From Candidatus Margulisiibacteriota bacterium (GTDB lineage Bacteria; Margulisbacteria; WOR-1; JAKLHX01; JBAZKV01), in the NCBI GenBank assembly GCA_041650635.1, contig JBAZKV010000004.1:534-64533 (forward strand): a DNA stretch of 64,000 nucleotides. The letters are read 5' to 3'. Below the pieces are notes generated by a model. It had not been told where the DNA came from and ran no database searches. It was given only the letters and a program-made list of their open reading frames with translations. Shown one piece after another: positions 48,952 to 58,786 of this stretch (positions are counted from its first letter, which is position 1; every line of letters begins with the position of its first letter). The translations under genes and the position numbers were made by a program.

Positions 48952-50655
48952 CTAAACTTTGTTATACCCGTTAGTTATCGGCATCCTGCGGTCCTTGCCG
49001 AAAGCTTTTGGGGTTATCTTGATCCCCGGTGCCGACTGCCGGCGTTTGTATTCGCTGCGGTCGATCATGGATATAGTATGTTTCACGATTGGTTGGGGCA
49101 GACGGCCGTCTGCCCTTACAATCTCCTCGATGCCCATGTCTTTTTCCACATACCCCTCGATTATCCTGTCCAGCACATCATAGGGAGGCAGCGTGTCCTG
49201 GTCTTTTTGATCCGGTTTTAACTCTGCGGTTGGAGGCCTGTTTATAATGCTTTCCGGTATCACCTTTCCCACGGAATTCCTGTAATTAACAAGCTCATAG
49301 ACCAGCGTTTTTGGCACATCTTTTATTACAGAAAGCCCTCCGCACATGTCCCCGTATAACGTCGAATATCCTGTGCTGACCTCGCTCTTATTGCCTGTTG
49401 CAAGCACCAGATATCCGAATTTGTTCGAGAAGGCCATGAGCAGGCTGCCCCTTATCCTGGCCTGGAGGTTCTCTTCCGCTATATTGGCCTGTGTGCCGGA
49501 AAAGGGGCCTGCCAGCGACTTCATAAATTGCGCAAAAATATCTGAGATCGGCAATTCAAGGCATTCTATCCCAAGGTTCTTTGCCACTGCAAAAGCGTCT
49601 TCTCCGCTCTGCTGTGAGGTGTATTGCGACGGCATGAATACGGCTTTTACATTATCGCTTCCCAGTGCGTCCTTTGAGACGGCGGCAACCAGAGCAGAAT
49701 CAATACCTCCGGAAAGGCCAAGGACCACTTTCTTGAAGCCGTTCTTTTTGACATAATCGCGGAGTCCGAGCCACAGCGCTTTATAGACCTCCGCTGTCCT
49801 TGGAAGCGGTTCCGGGTTGGAAACTTTTATGCTGGTCTTGAGAGGGAAGTTCTTGCTTTTGATCCCAACAATTTTTATTCCGGAGCCCCTCCTTGTCTTA
49901 TTGTCCGAAGCTTCTATATCATAAACAAGGATGTCTTCCTCGAACTGTCTGCCTCTTGAGACCACTTTGCCTTTTCTGTCCAAAATAAAGGAATGTCCGT
50001 CAAAAACAAGTTCGTCCTGGCCCCCGACAAGATTGAGATAAGCAAAACAATTCCCCGTTTTTACTGAAAGCTGTTTTGCTGCTTTTTCGCGTTCCGACCA
50101 TTTTCCGACAGAATAGGGGGAAGCGTTTATGGACAATAAGAGGTCCGCTCCGGATGATGCCAGCTTTTTGGCCGGACCTTTCTCGTCCCAGAGGTCTTCA
50201 CAGATAAGAAGCCCAAAAGAAAATCCGTCAAGTTCTATTATGCAGGAAGCTTTCCCTTGGGAAAAATAGCGCTTTTCGTCAAAAACGCCGTAATTTGGCA
50301 GGCAGATCTTATCATAGACCGCAACCACCTTTCTGTTGTGTACAACAGCAGCCGAGTTAAACAGCTTCCCGTTCCGGTGATCGACAAACCCCACAACTGC
50401 GGTTATCTTTTCGCATTTGGACGATATGTCTTTGAGGGCCTTAAGATTGTCATCGACAAAGCCCTTTTTTAGCAGCAGGTCTTCGGGAGGGTACCCTGTT
50501 ACGGCAAGTTCGGGAAATACCGCAAGATCGCAGCCTTCCTCCCTGCATTTTTCAAGATTCGCACCGATCTTGTCCCTGTTGCTGTCGATGCCGCCGGCCA
50601 GGGCGTTCATCTGACAAAGGGCTATCCTTATTTTTTTTCTGCTGTCTTTTTTCAT
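48952..50655 (-). CDS. nadE: Glutamine-dependent NAD+ synthetase (CN-hydrolase domain plus NadE synthetase domain)
   Basis: A 567-aa protein. The N-terminal nitrilase-like domain reads IRIALCQMN...FPELAVTGY. The C-terminal PP-loop reads VVLGLSGGIDSALVA. Confidence 0.93.
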   Translation of the reverse strand: MKKDSRKKIRIALCQMNALAGGIDSNRDKIGANLEKCREEGCDLAVFPELAVTGYPPEDLLLKKGFVDDNLKALKDISSKCEKITAVVGFVDHRNGKLFNSAAVVHNRKVVAVYDKICLPNYGVFDEKRYFSQGKASCIIELDGFSFGLLICEDLWDEKGPAKKLASSGADLLLSINASPYSVGKWSEREKAAKQLSVKTGNCFAYLNLVGGQDELVFDGHSFILDRKGKVVSRGRQFEEDILVYDIEASDNKTRRGSGIKIVGIKSKNFPLKTSIKVSNPEPLPRTAEVYKALWLGLRDYVKKNGFKKVVLGLSGGIDSALVAAVSKDALGSDNVKAVFMPSQYTSQQSGEDAFAVAKNLGIECLELPISDIFAQFMKSLAGPFSGTQANIAEENLQARIRGSLLMAFSNKFGYLVLATGNKSEVSTGYSTLYGDMCGGLSVIKDVPKTLVYELVNYRNSVGKVIPESIINRPPTAELKPDQKDQDTLPPYDVLDRIIEGYVEKDMGIEEIVRADGRLPQPIVKHTISMIDRSEYKRRQSAPGIKITPKAFGKDRRMPITNGYNKV

Positions 50656-50685
50656 GTCTTGCGGTTGATATAATGATATACAACA

Positions 50686-51636
50686 GTGGAGTCAAAAGCA
50701 AACCTGATAAAGAGGCGGCTGAAGGAAGCAAACGGCATCTTGGCTTCCTGCCGTCTTTGCGGGCACCGGTGCGGGGTCAACAGGCTTAAAGGAGAGATAG
50801 GAAAATGCGGGGCCGCACCCGATATTGAAGTTGCTTCTTATTGCCCTCATCACGGCGAAGAGCCGTTCCTATCCGGGGAAAAAGGTTCCGGGACAGTATT
50901 TTTTTCAAAATGCACTATGAAGTGTGTTTATTGCCAGAACTGGGAGATATCGCAGGGCGGCAATCATATTGTAGGGGCAGGTCGCGACCTGCCCCTACAT
51001 GAAATCATGTTAAACCTCCAATCCCAAGGTTGCCACAATATTAACCTTGTTACCCCAACCCATTTTATGCCGCAGATACTGCAGGAGTTAAAGATCGCTT
51101 TTGAAAAAGGTTTAGAGATCCCGATCGTTTATAATACCAACGGATATGACAGTCTTGAGCTGTTGAAAATCCTTGACGGGATAATTGATGTATATATGCC
51201 CGACTTTAAATATTATGACGATGAAAAAGCAGCGAAATATTCGAATGCGGAGAACTATGTTGAGACAGCAAAGGCCGGTATCAAGGAAATGTTCAGACAG
51301 GTCGGGAATTTGAGATTTGATGAAAATGAAATTGCAGTAAGAGGACTTCTTGTGCGGCATCTGGTCCTGCCGAACGGGATATCGGACAGCAAGAAAGCCG
51401 TCAAATACTTATCCACAATATCCAGGGAGTTGTGGATAAGTATAATGAGCCAGTATAGCCCTCAAAACAGAGCGGGAGAGTACGAAGAACTTAACAGACC
51501 TCTGCATCCGGAAGAATACTGGGAGGCGGTAAAAGCGGCACAGGACCTGAAAATGGAGAACTATCTAATTCAGGAATTGGAGTCAAGAAAAGAATTGCTT
51601 CCCGACTTTAAGAGGGAAAATCCCTTTCTTCCATAG
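50686..51636 (+). CDS. Radical SAM enzyme, AmmeMemoRadiSam-system (AmrS)-like
   Basis: The N-terminal Cys motif is CRLCGHRCGV...GKCG. The radical SAM CxxxCxxC is embedded in CTMKCVYCQNWEISQ. The CQNWxIS context is characteristic of the AmrS family. Confidence 0.75.
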   Translation: MESKANLIKRRLKEANGILASCRLCGHRCGVNRLKGEIGKCGAAPDIEVASYCPHHGEEPFLSGEKGSGTVFFSKCTMKCVYCQNWEISQGGNHIVGAGRDLPLHEIMLNLQSQGCHNINLVTPTHFMPQILQELKIAFEKGLEIPIVYNTNGYDSLELLKILDGIIDVYMPDFKYYDDEKAAKYSNAENYVETAKAGIKEMFRQVGNLRFDENEIAVRGLLVRHLVLPNGISDSKKAVKYLSTISRELWISIMSQYSPQNRAGEYEELNRPLHPEEYWEAVKAAQDLKMENYLIQELESRKELLPDFKRENPFLP

Positions 51637-51811
51637 TGATCGCTTTTGAAGGGCAGAGCCTGGCGCAGCCGCCGAGTCCGTCGCACTTTACCAGTTCATC
51701 AATAGATGCCGTGCCGTCCTTTATCTTGATGATCTTTGGCGGGCACATATCCGCGCAGATGCCGCAGCCCGTGCATTTTGAGGGCTCTATTATGGCCACC
51801 AGTTTTCTCAT
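51608..51811 (-). CDS. 4Fe-4S ferredoxin
   Basis: A 67-aa protein with CTGCGICADMCP and CDGLGGCARLCP motifs. Its 3' end overlaps the radical SAM gene. Confidence 0.7.
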   Translation of the reverse strand: MRKLVAIIEPSKCTGCGICADMCPPKIIKIKDGTASIDELVKCDGLGGCARLCPSKAITMEERDFPS

Positions 51812-51853
51812 ATATTTATTTTACCATCGAACGGGTGTATAATTATTTTCAAT

Positions 51854-52822
51854 ATGAAGATAAAGAAAATAGCGGTGTTAACCACGGGCGGAGATGCTCC
51901 CGGCATGAATGCTGCCATCCGGGCTGTAGTGAGAACGGCGGTTTACAACGGTCTTAAGGTAATGGGAGTGGAGCGTGGTTATGCCGGCCTGATAGACGGT
52001 GAAATAAGAGAGCTCGAAGTTAATTCGGTCAGCGGCATAATCAACAGGGGAGGCACGATTCTTCATACTGTAAGGTGTCCTGAGTTCAGGAAAAGGTCGG
52101 CCAGACGCAGGGCCGTTGAACACATAAGGACCAACGGGATAGATGCTCTGGTAATAATAGGCGGCGACGGTTCTCTTAATGCTTCGGTATCCCTGTACAG
52201 GGACTTCAAAGTTCCCTGTGTCGTGATACCGGCAACCATAGACAATGATCTTCCAAAAACGGACTATACAATAGGTTTTGATACTGCAGTGAATACCGCG
52301 GTCGAAGCTATCGACAAGATACGTGATACCGCCACATCCCACGAGAGGATATTCATAGTTGAGGTAATGGGAAGGGAACACGGATTCATAGCTTTGGAAG
52401 TCGGGCTTGTATCAGGAGCCGAGGTGGTGCTTATCCCTGAGGCCAAATATTCGGCCGCTTCAGTGATAAAAGAGATAGAAAAAGGGCACAAAAGAGGCAA
52501 GTGCAGCAGCATTATTGTAAAAGCCGAAGGCGCGGGAAATGAAGCCAAACTGGCGCAGGAGATAAGGGACAAGACCTGCCTTGATGTCAGGATAGCGGTG
52601 CTGGGCCATATGCAGAGAGGCGGAGCCCCGACGGCCTTTAGCAGGCAGCTGGCGTGCAGATTTGGCGCGCACGCAGTGGAGCTTTTGCTCGAGGGGAAAT
52701 TCAACCGCATGGTGTCCATAACCTGCCACAGCATTACTTCTTTCCCAATAGACGAAGTGTTGAGGTCCAAAAAAGAGATAGACCTTGAAAGCTACCGTCT
52801 GACCAAGATACTGGCGATATAG
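51854..52822 (+). CDS. pfkA: ATP-dependent 6-phosphofructokinase
   Basis: A 322-aa protein. IAVLTTGGDAPGMNAAIRAVVR and GGDGSL are classic PFK motifs. Confidence 0.93.
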   Translation: MKIKKIAVLTTGGDAPGMNAAIRAVVRTAVYNGLKVMGVERGYAGLIDGEIRELEVNSVSGIINRGGTILHTVRCPEFRKRSARRRAVEHIRTNGIDALVIIGGDGSLNASVSLYRDFKVPCVVIPATIDNDLPKTDYTIGFDTAVNTAVEAIDKIRDTATSHERIFIVEVMGREHGFIALEVGLVSGAEVVLIPEAKYSAASVIKEIEKGHKRGKCSSIIVKAEGAGNEAKLAQEIRDKTCLDVRIAVLGHMQRGGAPTAFSRQLACRFGAHAVELLLEGKFNRMVSITCHSITSFPIDEVLRSKKEIDLESYRLTKILAI

Positions 52823-52824
52823 CA

Positions 52825-53115
52825 GTGCAGGACATAAAACTATCAAACAAGACCGCGCAGGGCGATGTTGTACCTCTTTTTGGCGTGACCATGGTCTATG
52901 CAAAGACGGACAAAGGCTTTGTGGGCTGCGGACTGTTCGATGTCAATGTTTTTGACAAATTCGGCTGTCCCGCGGCCAAAGTAAGATCCCCCAAAGGACC
53001 CATAACGGATATGCAGGGGCTCCTTGACTCGCCGGTGGTGGAGGCCAATTCCTGCGCAAAGGCGGGGGGCCTTCAAGAAGGCATGACTGGCAGGGATGCC
53101 CTTGAAAAATTATGA
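52825..53115 (+). CDS. Small conserved protein, possibly DUF1805/YunC-like
   Basis: A 96-aa protein containing GFVGCGLFDV...GCPAA...ANSCAKAGGLQEGMTG. The family assignment is from memory only. Confidence 0.4.
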   Translation: MQDIKLSNKTAQGDVVPLFGVTMVYAKTDKGFVGCGLFDVNVFDKFGCPAAKVRSPKGPITDMQGLLDSPVVEANSCAKAGGLQEGMTGRDALEKL

Positions 53116-53528
53116 ATTATTACTGGCTTGCCGTTCTTACTTCGGTCATCTGGGGCATTGCGCCTATACTAGAAAAGCTTGGCCTTTCCAGGGTTGAGCC
53201 GCTGACCGGATTGTTTTACAGGAGCCTGGCGGTACTTCTCGGGCTTATATTCCTTGGTTTCTTTATGATCAAGCCTCATGAACTGCGGAGTGCGGACCTT
53301 AGATCGATCGGCCTCATAATGGCAGGCGGTTTTCTGGCAAGCTTTGTTGCCCAGGTGCTTTTCTACCACAGCCTTAAGATCGGGGATGTGTCAAAAGTCG
53401 TTCCTATTTCCGGCAGCTATCCACTGGTCGCCTTTATTCTGGGCGTCATCCTCCTTGGGGAAGCGATCACCCCAGCCAAGATAGCAGGCTGCCTGTGCGT
53501 GATACTCGGGATATGGCTGCTGAAGTAA
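53112..53528 (+). CDS. EamA-like small membrane transporter (DMT superfamily, single EamA domain)
   Basis: A 138-aa protein with 4-5 TM helices. The N-terminus reads MNYYWLAVLTSVIWGIAPILEKLGL. Confidence 0.6.
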   Translation: MNYYWLAVLTSVIWGIAPILEKLGLSRVEPLTGLFYRSLAVLLGLIFLGFFMIKPHELRSADLRSIGLIMAGGFLASFVAQVLFYHSLKIGDVSKVVPISGSYPLVAFILGVILLGEAITPAKIAGCLCVILGIWLLK

Positions 53529-53611
53529 AGGTCATATACACCTCAGAACCTGTTAATGCCAGTTTGTTGGAATGGCTGGCAGGAAGATCTTCGTAATTCT
53601 TTTGTGCCGGG

Positions 53612-55420
53612 ATGAAATCCGGCCGCATTTTTATAGAGAAACCATTGATGGACATACTGGCAACAAAAGTAGGCCCTGGCAGGGCGATAGGTCCTTACCG
53701 GGCAGCTATCACCGATATTAGGCGGCAAAACGGCAGCATAGTCTTTTCGGTTGATCTCCAAGGAATAGGGGTCAGAGATATCTTTGGTTATAAAGTCAAG
53801 GGGATCCCCGTCAAGACCGAGCTTAGGGATAGGGTGCTCGGCAGGATCAAAAGGGCCGAGTTTAGAGGGCTTGAAAGCGCCCCGCGTATTTTTAGTGAAT
53901 TTTTTGCGGAGTGGAAGAGCACAGCGGTGGATGCGGACTACTATGTTATCCGTAATGATCCTCTTATCTGGGGACTGGCCGGCCTGGTCGGCAGTGAAAA
54001 AGTGGCGCTGGTGAGCAAGTCGATCCTTTTTGGGCCTTCGACGGCGGAAAAACTCATAGGGATATTCCATGAAGACGCGGAGCTTTTTGCCATGATGAGA
54101 TGGAGTGGCGGTACAAGCTGCGCGGACCGGGCGGAAGACTTTTTGGAAGACACATATCATGATCCCGGCATAATTCTTACCGACGACCTTGGGCGCCCTG
54201 TTTCAACTGATGCACGGGTCGATACCCATGTTTTTTTAAGAGGAGCGGGATGGAAAACCAGGGGGCTCCAGCCGGCAATGTTCAACATCTTCAAATACTC
54301 GGAACCCTTTGACCCGGAGCAATTTGCAGAGGATTTTATTGGGGAGCTTGCGTACGAGTACCGTTTAAGTAACACAGAAGCCCTCCCCGACCAGACAGAA
54401 AAACTGATCAGGCTCAACGCGGGAACCTTACTGGGCCAGCATGCTTTGCACGATGTGCTGAATAGAGGAATGCTGTTCTTTGGCCTTCAAGACTGGATGG
54501 ACCCGGCGGCAAACTACGCCCTGTCCCGCAAAATAGCACGAATGTCGCTTTCTACTCAAGAGGATTTTGAAGAAACCTCCGGCTCCAAGCTGTTTCTCCC
54601 GATACAGCCCATGGAAGGCGGCCGCAAGTTTTGGATGATGAGCCTGCTTAATGAAGGTCGCCTTGCCGAAGGCGAAGGAACAGAAGCGAGATGTTTTTTA
54701 ATGGAGCGCTTGAGCGGGGAACATGTTGTGGTTAAGGCCTATCATCCCCAGGCGCCCCAGGTGCTTAGCGATGAGGAGCTTGATGTCCGGGCAGGATTGA
54801 TAAGGAGGCTTTCGGGCATCCGGGTCCCGGGAGCAAGATATGCGAGGATATATTCAAGGTCCATTCCGGACAGCAAAAGAAGGCTCCATTTTTACTGCTA
54901 CGAATACATCGACAGGATGTACCTTCCTTCCGAAGCAGGGGCCAAAATGACGCCGGAAGAAGGCAGGCACAAGAACAGCAGGGCGATAGCGCTTTTGCAC
55001 CTTACCCATATGCAGGATTTTGTGCACGGGGACCCGACTTCTAAGAACATAATACTATCAAAGAGCGGAGAAGTTGTGTTCATTGATTATGAGACCAGGG
55101 CAATGGATCTGCAGAAGTTCGCTCCTGATGTTAGGTTCCGGCTCATCCTTAAGAACTGGGCGCTTTTTTGGAACGAGGCGTGCCTCGAATGTCCCGGGCT
55201 AGAAAACGATCTGGCCTTAAGGGAAGTGCTTTCCAGGGCGGTTAGGGAAGAAGCTAGAAGACTATTAGGGGAAGCCGTTAGGGATATGGATGATCATGGT
55301 GTTATCGGCTCTGTCAGAGGCCAGCTCGAGATCATTGCTCATGACATGAACCGTATTCTAAAGGGCGGAGCGGTTATAATTAACCTTGCCGATGATCTTT
55401 CAGGAACGCTGCGTCCCTAA
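53612..55420 (+). CDS. Hypothetical protein of 602 aa with a C-terminal protein-kinase-like (APH/Kdo-kinase-type) motif
   Basis: FVHGDPTSKNIILSKSGEVVFIDYE resembles the HGD-x3-N catalytic loop and the I-D-F/Y-E metal-binding motif of the APH / choline-kinase / Kdo-kinase fold. Upstream, VVVKAY is a candidate nucleotide-positioning Lys. The N-terminal ~420 aa are unrecognised. Confidence 0.65.
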   Translation: MKSGRIFIEKPLMDILATKVGPGRAIGPYRAAITDIRRQNGSIVFSVDLQGIGVRDIFGYKVKGIPVKTELRDRVLGRIKRAEFRGLESAPRIFSEFFAEWKSTAVDADYYVIRNDPLIWGLAGLVGSEKVALVSKSILFGPSTAEKLIGIFHEDAELFAMMRWSGGTSCADRAEDFLEDTYHDPGIILTDDLGRPVSTDARVDTHVFLRGAGWKTRGLQPAMFNIFKYSEPFDPEQFAEDFIGELAYEYRLSNTEALPDQTEKLIRLNAGTLLGQHALHDVLNRGMLFFGLQDWMDPAANYALSRKIARMSLSTQEDFEETSGSKLFLPIQPMEGGRKFWMMSLLNEGRLAEGEGTEARCFLMERLSGEHVVVKAYHPQAPQVLSDEELDVRAGLIRRLSGIRVPGARYARIYSRSIPDSKRRLHFYCYEYIDRMYLPSEAGAKMTPEEGRHKNSRAIALLHLTHMQDFVHGDPTSKNIILSKSGEVVFIDYETRAMDLQKFAPDVRFRLILKNWALFWNEACLECPGLENDLALREVLSRAVREEARRLLGEAVRDMDDHGVIGSVRGQLEIIAHDMNRILKGGAVIINLADDLSGTLRP

Positions 55421-55454
55421 CTGCCCTCTCATGGTATAATTATTTCAATCTTGT

Positions 55455-55976
55455 ATGGCAAACCCCAGGGCTATCCATAGGATAAGTTACGGCCTGTATG
55501 TGGTCAGCTCTGTTTCTGCGGGCAAACTGAACGGGCAGATCGCCAATACGGTATTCCAGGTCACCTCAGAACCGGCCAAGCTGGCCGTATGCATAAATAA
55601 ACAGAACCTTACTCACCAATATATTTCTGAAAGCGGAGCGTTCTCGGTTTCCATTCTCTCTCAAGATGCCCCGATGACCTTTGTTGGCAAGTTTGGCTTT
55701 AAGAGCGGCAGGGACACGGATAAGTTCAAGGATACCGGCTACAAGATGCTGGGAAATGGATGCCCGGCGGTCATGGATCATTCGGCCGCTATAATAAGCG
55801 CAAAAGTTGTCAGCCAATGCGACACCGGCACCCACACGCTCTTTATCGGTGAAGTAACCGGGGAAGAGATCCTCAGCGATGCCATACCCATGACATACGC
55901 CTACTACCACGAACATCTAAAGGGCAAAGAGCCCAAAAACGCTCCAACCTACCGGGGCCCGGAAGCGCAAAAATGA
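55455..55976 (+). CDS. Flavin reductase-like domain protein (flavoredoxin-type)
   Basis: A 173-aa protein. The N-terminus reads RISYGLYVVSSVSAGKLNGQIANTVFQVTSEPAKLAVCI. Confidence 0.75.
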   Translation: MANPRAIHRISYGLYVVSSVSAGKLNGQIANTVFQVTSEPAKLAVCINKQNLTHQYISESGAFSVSILSQDAPMTFVGKFGFKSGRDTDKFKDTGYKMLGNGCPAVMDHSAAIISAKVVSQCDTGTHTLFIGEVTGEEILSDAIPMTYAYYHEHLKGKEPKNAPTYRGPEAQK

Positions 55977-56905
55977 TCCAGGTGCTGACCAACGCCGTGT
56001 TCCCCATATTTTTCCTGATAGGTCTCGGATATCTGGCAAGAAGGTGCGGCATTCTCAAGCAGGGGGACGAGAGGGTCTTTAGCGCATATGTGTTCTACTT
56101 TGCCCTGCCCGCTTTTTTTCTTGCCAATTTGAGCTCTCTTAGTTTTTCGAAGGAAGTCCTGCGTTTTATAGCGGCGGCGCTTGCCCCGACTTTTGCCGTC
56201 ATGATACTCTATCTGGCGGCCTATGTTTTGCTGAGGTTCGAGCGGGACCTGCTGTTCAAGCTGCTAATAAGCACTGTGTTCGGGAGCTATGCTTTTTTCG
56301 GAGTCCCCTTCATCCTTTTTGCTTTTCCCGGAACTCAGGGCGAGGCGCTGGCGGCGCTGTCTTCTTCGGTAATGGCGATGGTCAGTGTCGGCATTTCGAT
56401 AACGGTGCTGGAAATTCACAGGCAAAAGGGGAAAGATTTTATTAAGGCGGTTGCAACGGTGGCAGGGTCTCTTTCAAAGAACCCTCTAATTCTGTCGGTA
56501 TTGGCGGCCTTTTCAATGTCGCTGCTTGGCATAAGGCTGCCTTCCCCTGTATCGCATATGCTCCATATGCTTGGAGCAACAACATCAACGGTGGCGATCT
56601 TCATGCTGGGGGTCTTTCTCTATGGGAGGAGGTATGGACATCTTTGGGAGGGTTTCTTACTGGCCTTGCCGCGGGTTATCCTGCTGCCGGCTCTTGCCGT
56701 GCTTTTTACAGGACTGATCGGGACCTCGGGGCTGGACGCAACGGTGATCATAATGATGTCGGCCATGCCGGTTGCCATCTCTACGATAGTCCTCAGCGAA
56801 AGATACGATTTTTACAAGGAGACCGTAGCTTCTCTCATTCTTTTTTCCTCGCTTGGGGCTATAATATATCTGCCGGTATGGTTTTTTGTGTCCGGTGCAA
56901 GATAA
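55973..56905 (+). CDS. AEC-family (auxin efflux carrier / malate permease-like) transporter
   Basis: A 310-aa protein with about 10 TM segments. The N-terminus reads MIQVLTNAVFPIFFLIGLGYLARR. Confidence 0.82.
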   Translation: MIQVLTNAVFPIFFLIGLGYLARRCGILKQGDERVFSAYVFYFALPAFFLANLSSLSFSKEVLRFIAAALAPTFAVMILYLAAYVLLRFERDLLFKLLISTVFGSYAFFGVPFILFAFPGTQGEALAALSSSVMAMVSVGISITVLEIHRQKGKDFIKAVATVAGSLSKNPLILSVLAAFSMSLLGIRLPSPVSHMLHMLGATTSTVAIFMLGVFLYGRRYGHLWEGFLLALPRVILLPALAVLFTGLIGTSGLDATVIIMMSAMPVAISTIVLSERYDFYKETVASLILFSSLGAIIYLPVWFFVSGAR

Positions 56906-56915
56906 GGAGGGCTTT

Positions 56916-58094
56916 ATGACGGCAAGAAAGATAACGGAAGGAATTTTTTCTGTAGGTTCCATAGATTGGAACAGGCGCCTGTTCGATGAACTGATACCGC
57001 TTCCGGACGGCACTTCGTACAACTCGTATATAGTAAAAGGAAGCCAAAAGACAGCGCTGATGGACAGCGTTGATCCGCCAAAAGAAGCCGAATTAAAACA
57101 AAACCTTAAAGAGCTCGGCATCGACAGGATAGATTATGTTGTCTGTCACCATGCGGAGCAGGACCACTCCGGGTCCATCGGAAAAGTGCTGGAATGGTTT
57201 CCTGCGGCTAAGGTGGTTGCTAACGACAAATGCAAGGGTATGCTCAAAGACCTTTTGCTTCTCAAGGACGAACAGTTCATGGTTATCTCGGACAAGCAGA
57301 CGCTTTCTCTCGGAGATAAAACTATGGAATTTGTCTTTGCACCTTGGGTGCACTGGCCGGAAACGATGGTAAGCTACCTTAAGGAAGATAAGATCTTATT
57401 CTCCTGCGACTTTTTTGGCTCACACAGAGCCCAGAGCGGGCTATATGTCGAAGACGGTGCAGAAGTCCTGCGAGGGGCCAAGCGATACTACGCGGAGATC
57501 ATGATGCCCTTTAGGGCGGCGATAAAAGGGCACCTGGAAAAACTGAAGGCTTACGATGTAAAAATGATCTGTCCAAGCCACGGCCCGGTCTACCGGGAGC
57601 CAGCGCTTATTATTGATGCCTACAAAGACTGGACCGGCGATGCCGTCAAAAATGAGGTCATTGTGCCTTATGTTTCGATGCACGGAAGTACGCAGGTTAT
57701 TGTGGACCGCTTTGTAGACTGCCTTATAAAACGGAATGTCGGGGTAAAACCGTTCGACCTGTCAAAAACAGATATTGGGGAGCTTGCAATGAGCCTGGTG
57801 GACGCGGCAACAGTTGTCATTGGAAGCCCGGCCGTCCTGGCAGGTCCGCATCCGCTTGCGGTGTATGCGGCTTATCTTGCTAACGCACTCAGGCCAAAAA
57901 CAAAATATGTTTCCATAATCGGTTCGTTCGGCTGGGGAAGCAAACTGGTAGAAGTGCTGGCAGGCATGCTGACAAATCTGAAGGTTGAGGTAATAGATCC
58001 TGTAATAGTGAAAGGCTATCCAAAAGAGGCAGATCTTGCGCAGGTAGAAGCTCTGGCCGACAAAATAGCAGATAGGCACAGATCGATATCTTGA
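56916..58094 (+). CDS. fprA: Flavodiiron protein (FprA-type O2/NO reductase) with metallo-beta-lactamase-like and flavodoxin-like domains
   Basis: HHAEQDHSG is the di-iron site motif, and a C-terminal flavodoxin-like domain is present. The start is at 56916, preceded by AAGGAGG. Confidence 0.9.
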   Translation: MTARKITEGIFSVGSIDWNRRLFDELIPLPDGTSYNSYIVKGSQKTALMDSVDPPKEAELKQNLKELGIDRIDYVVCHHAEQDHSGSIGKVLEWFPAAKVVANDKCKGMLKDLLLLKDEQFMVISDKQTLSLGDKTMEFVFAPWVHWPETMVSYLKEDKILFSCDFFGSHRAQSGLYVEDGAEVLRGAKRYYAEIMMPFRAAIKGHLEKLKAYDVKMICPSHGPVYREPALIIDAYKDWTGDAVKNEVIVPYVSMHGSTQVIVDRFVDCLIKRNVGVKPFDLSKTDIGELAMSLVDAATVVIGSPAVLAGPHPLAVYAAYLANALRPKTKYVSIIGSFGWGSKLVEVLAGMLTNLKVEVIDPVIVKGYPKEADLAQVEALADKIADRHRSIS

Positions 58095-58142
58095 CAATTG
58101 CAACAAATATGTGTAGAATACTTTATTGTAATCATTACATAT

Positions 58143-58547
58143 ATGGAAGAATTAAAGGATATTCTTGAATCAAGAGGGATAAAGCCAACCTATCAAAGGC
58201 TGGCTATATTCAAATATATCCATGACCACAAGGTTCATCCCACAGCTGACAGGCTCTACCGGAACCTGATTAAAATTATTCCTACCATGTCTAGAACTAC
58301 GATCTATAACACTCTGTCAATGTTTGTCGAGAAAGGCCTTGCAAGGACAATTCTTATATCCCCGACAGAGGTTAGATATGATTCCGATATGTCAACGCAC
58401 CATCATTTTTGGTGTGAAAAGTGCGGTAGAATCGAAGATTTGTTCTTTGACTGCGAAATAGCAAGAAAGGGGGAGATAGAAGGCAACATTATCAAAGAGG
58501 TCCATGGCTACTTTAAAGGTATTTGCAGGGACTGCAGAACCCATTAA
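58143..58547 (+). CDS. perR: Fur-family regulator, PerR-like
   Basis: TYQRLAIFKYIHDHKVHPTADRLY is the HTH region. HHHFWCEKCG...CRDCR are the metal sites. It is embedded in a peroxide-stress cluster. Confidence 0.82.
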   Translation: MEELKDILESRGIKPTYQRLAIFKYIHDHKVHPTADRLYRNLIKIIPTMSRTTIYNTLSMFVEKGLARTILISPTEVRYDSDMSTHHHFWCEKCGRIEDLFFDCEIARKGEIEGNIIKEVHGYFKGICRDCRTH

Positions 58548-58567
58548 TAATAGAAAGGAGAGATTAA

Positions 58568-58726
58568 TTGAAGAAATATATATGCCTGGTCTGCAATTAT
58601 ATCTATGACCCAGAAAAAGGGGACCCCGACGGGGGAGTGGCGCCGGGCACAGCGTTCGAAGCTATCCCCGACAGTTGGGTTTGCCCCGTTTGCGGAGCGT
58701 CAAAAGACCAGTTCAAGGAAGTGTGA
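58568..58726 (+). CDS. Rubredoxin
   Basis: Read from the sequence with a TTG start after AGGAGA: (M)[51 protein letters not shown]. Two CxxC pairs are present. Confidence 0.85.
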   Translation: MKKYICLVCNYIYDPEKGDPDGGVAPGTAFEAIPDSWVCPVCGASKDQFKEV

Positions 58727-58786
58727 TAACAGAAAGATTCGAACAGAGCCGTTCAAAAAACTGCAATGAACATAAGGAGGTAAAAA

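Noticed and set aside
51814-51842. A putative pfkA promoter (GTGTATAAT with a weak -35)
   Set aside because: The -10 is good, but the -35 and spacer are ambiguous (TTTATT at 17 nt, TTTTAC at 13 nt). It is not confident enough to list as a feature.
53543-54160. A 205-aa minus-strand ORF
   Set aside because: It is antisense to the continuous 602-aa ORF, which is far longer and carries a kinase-like motif.
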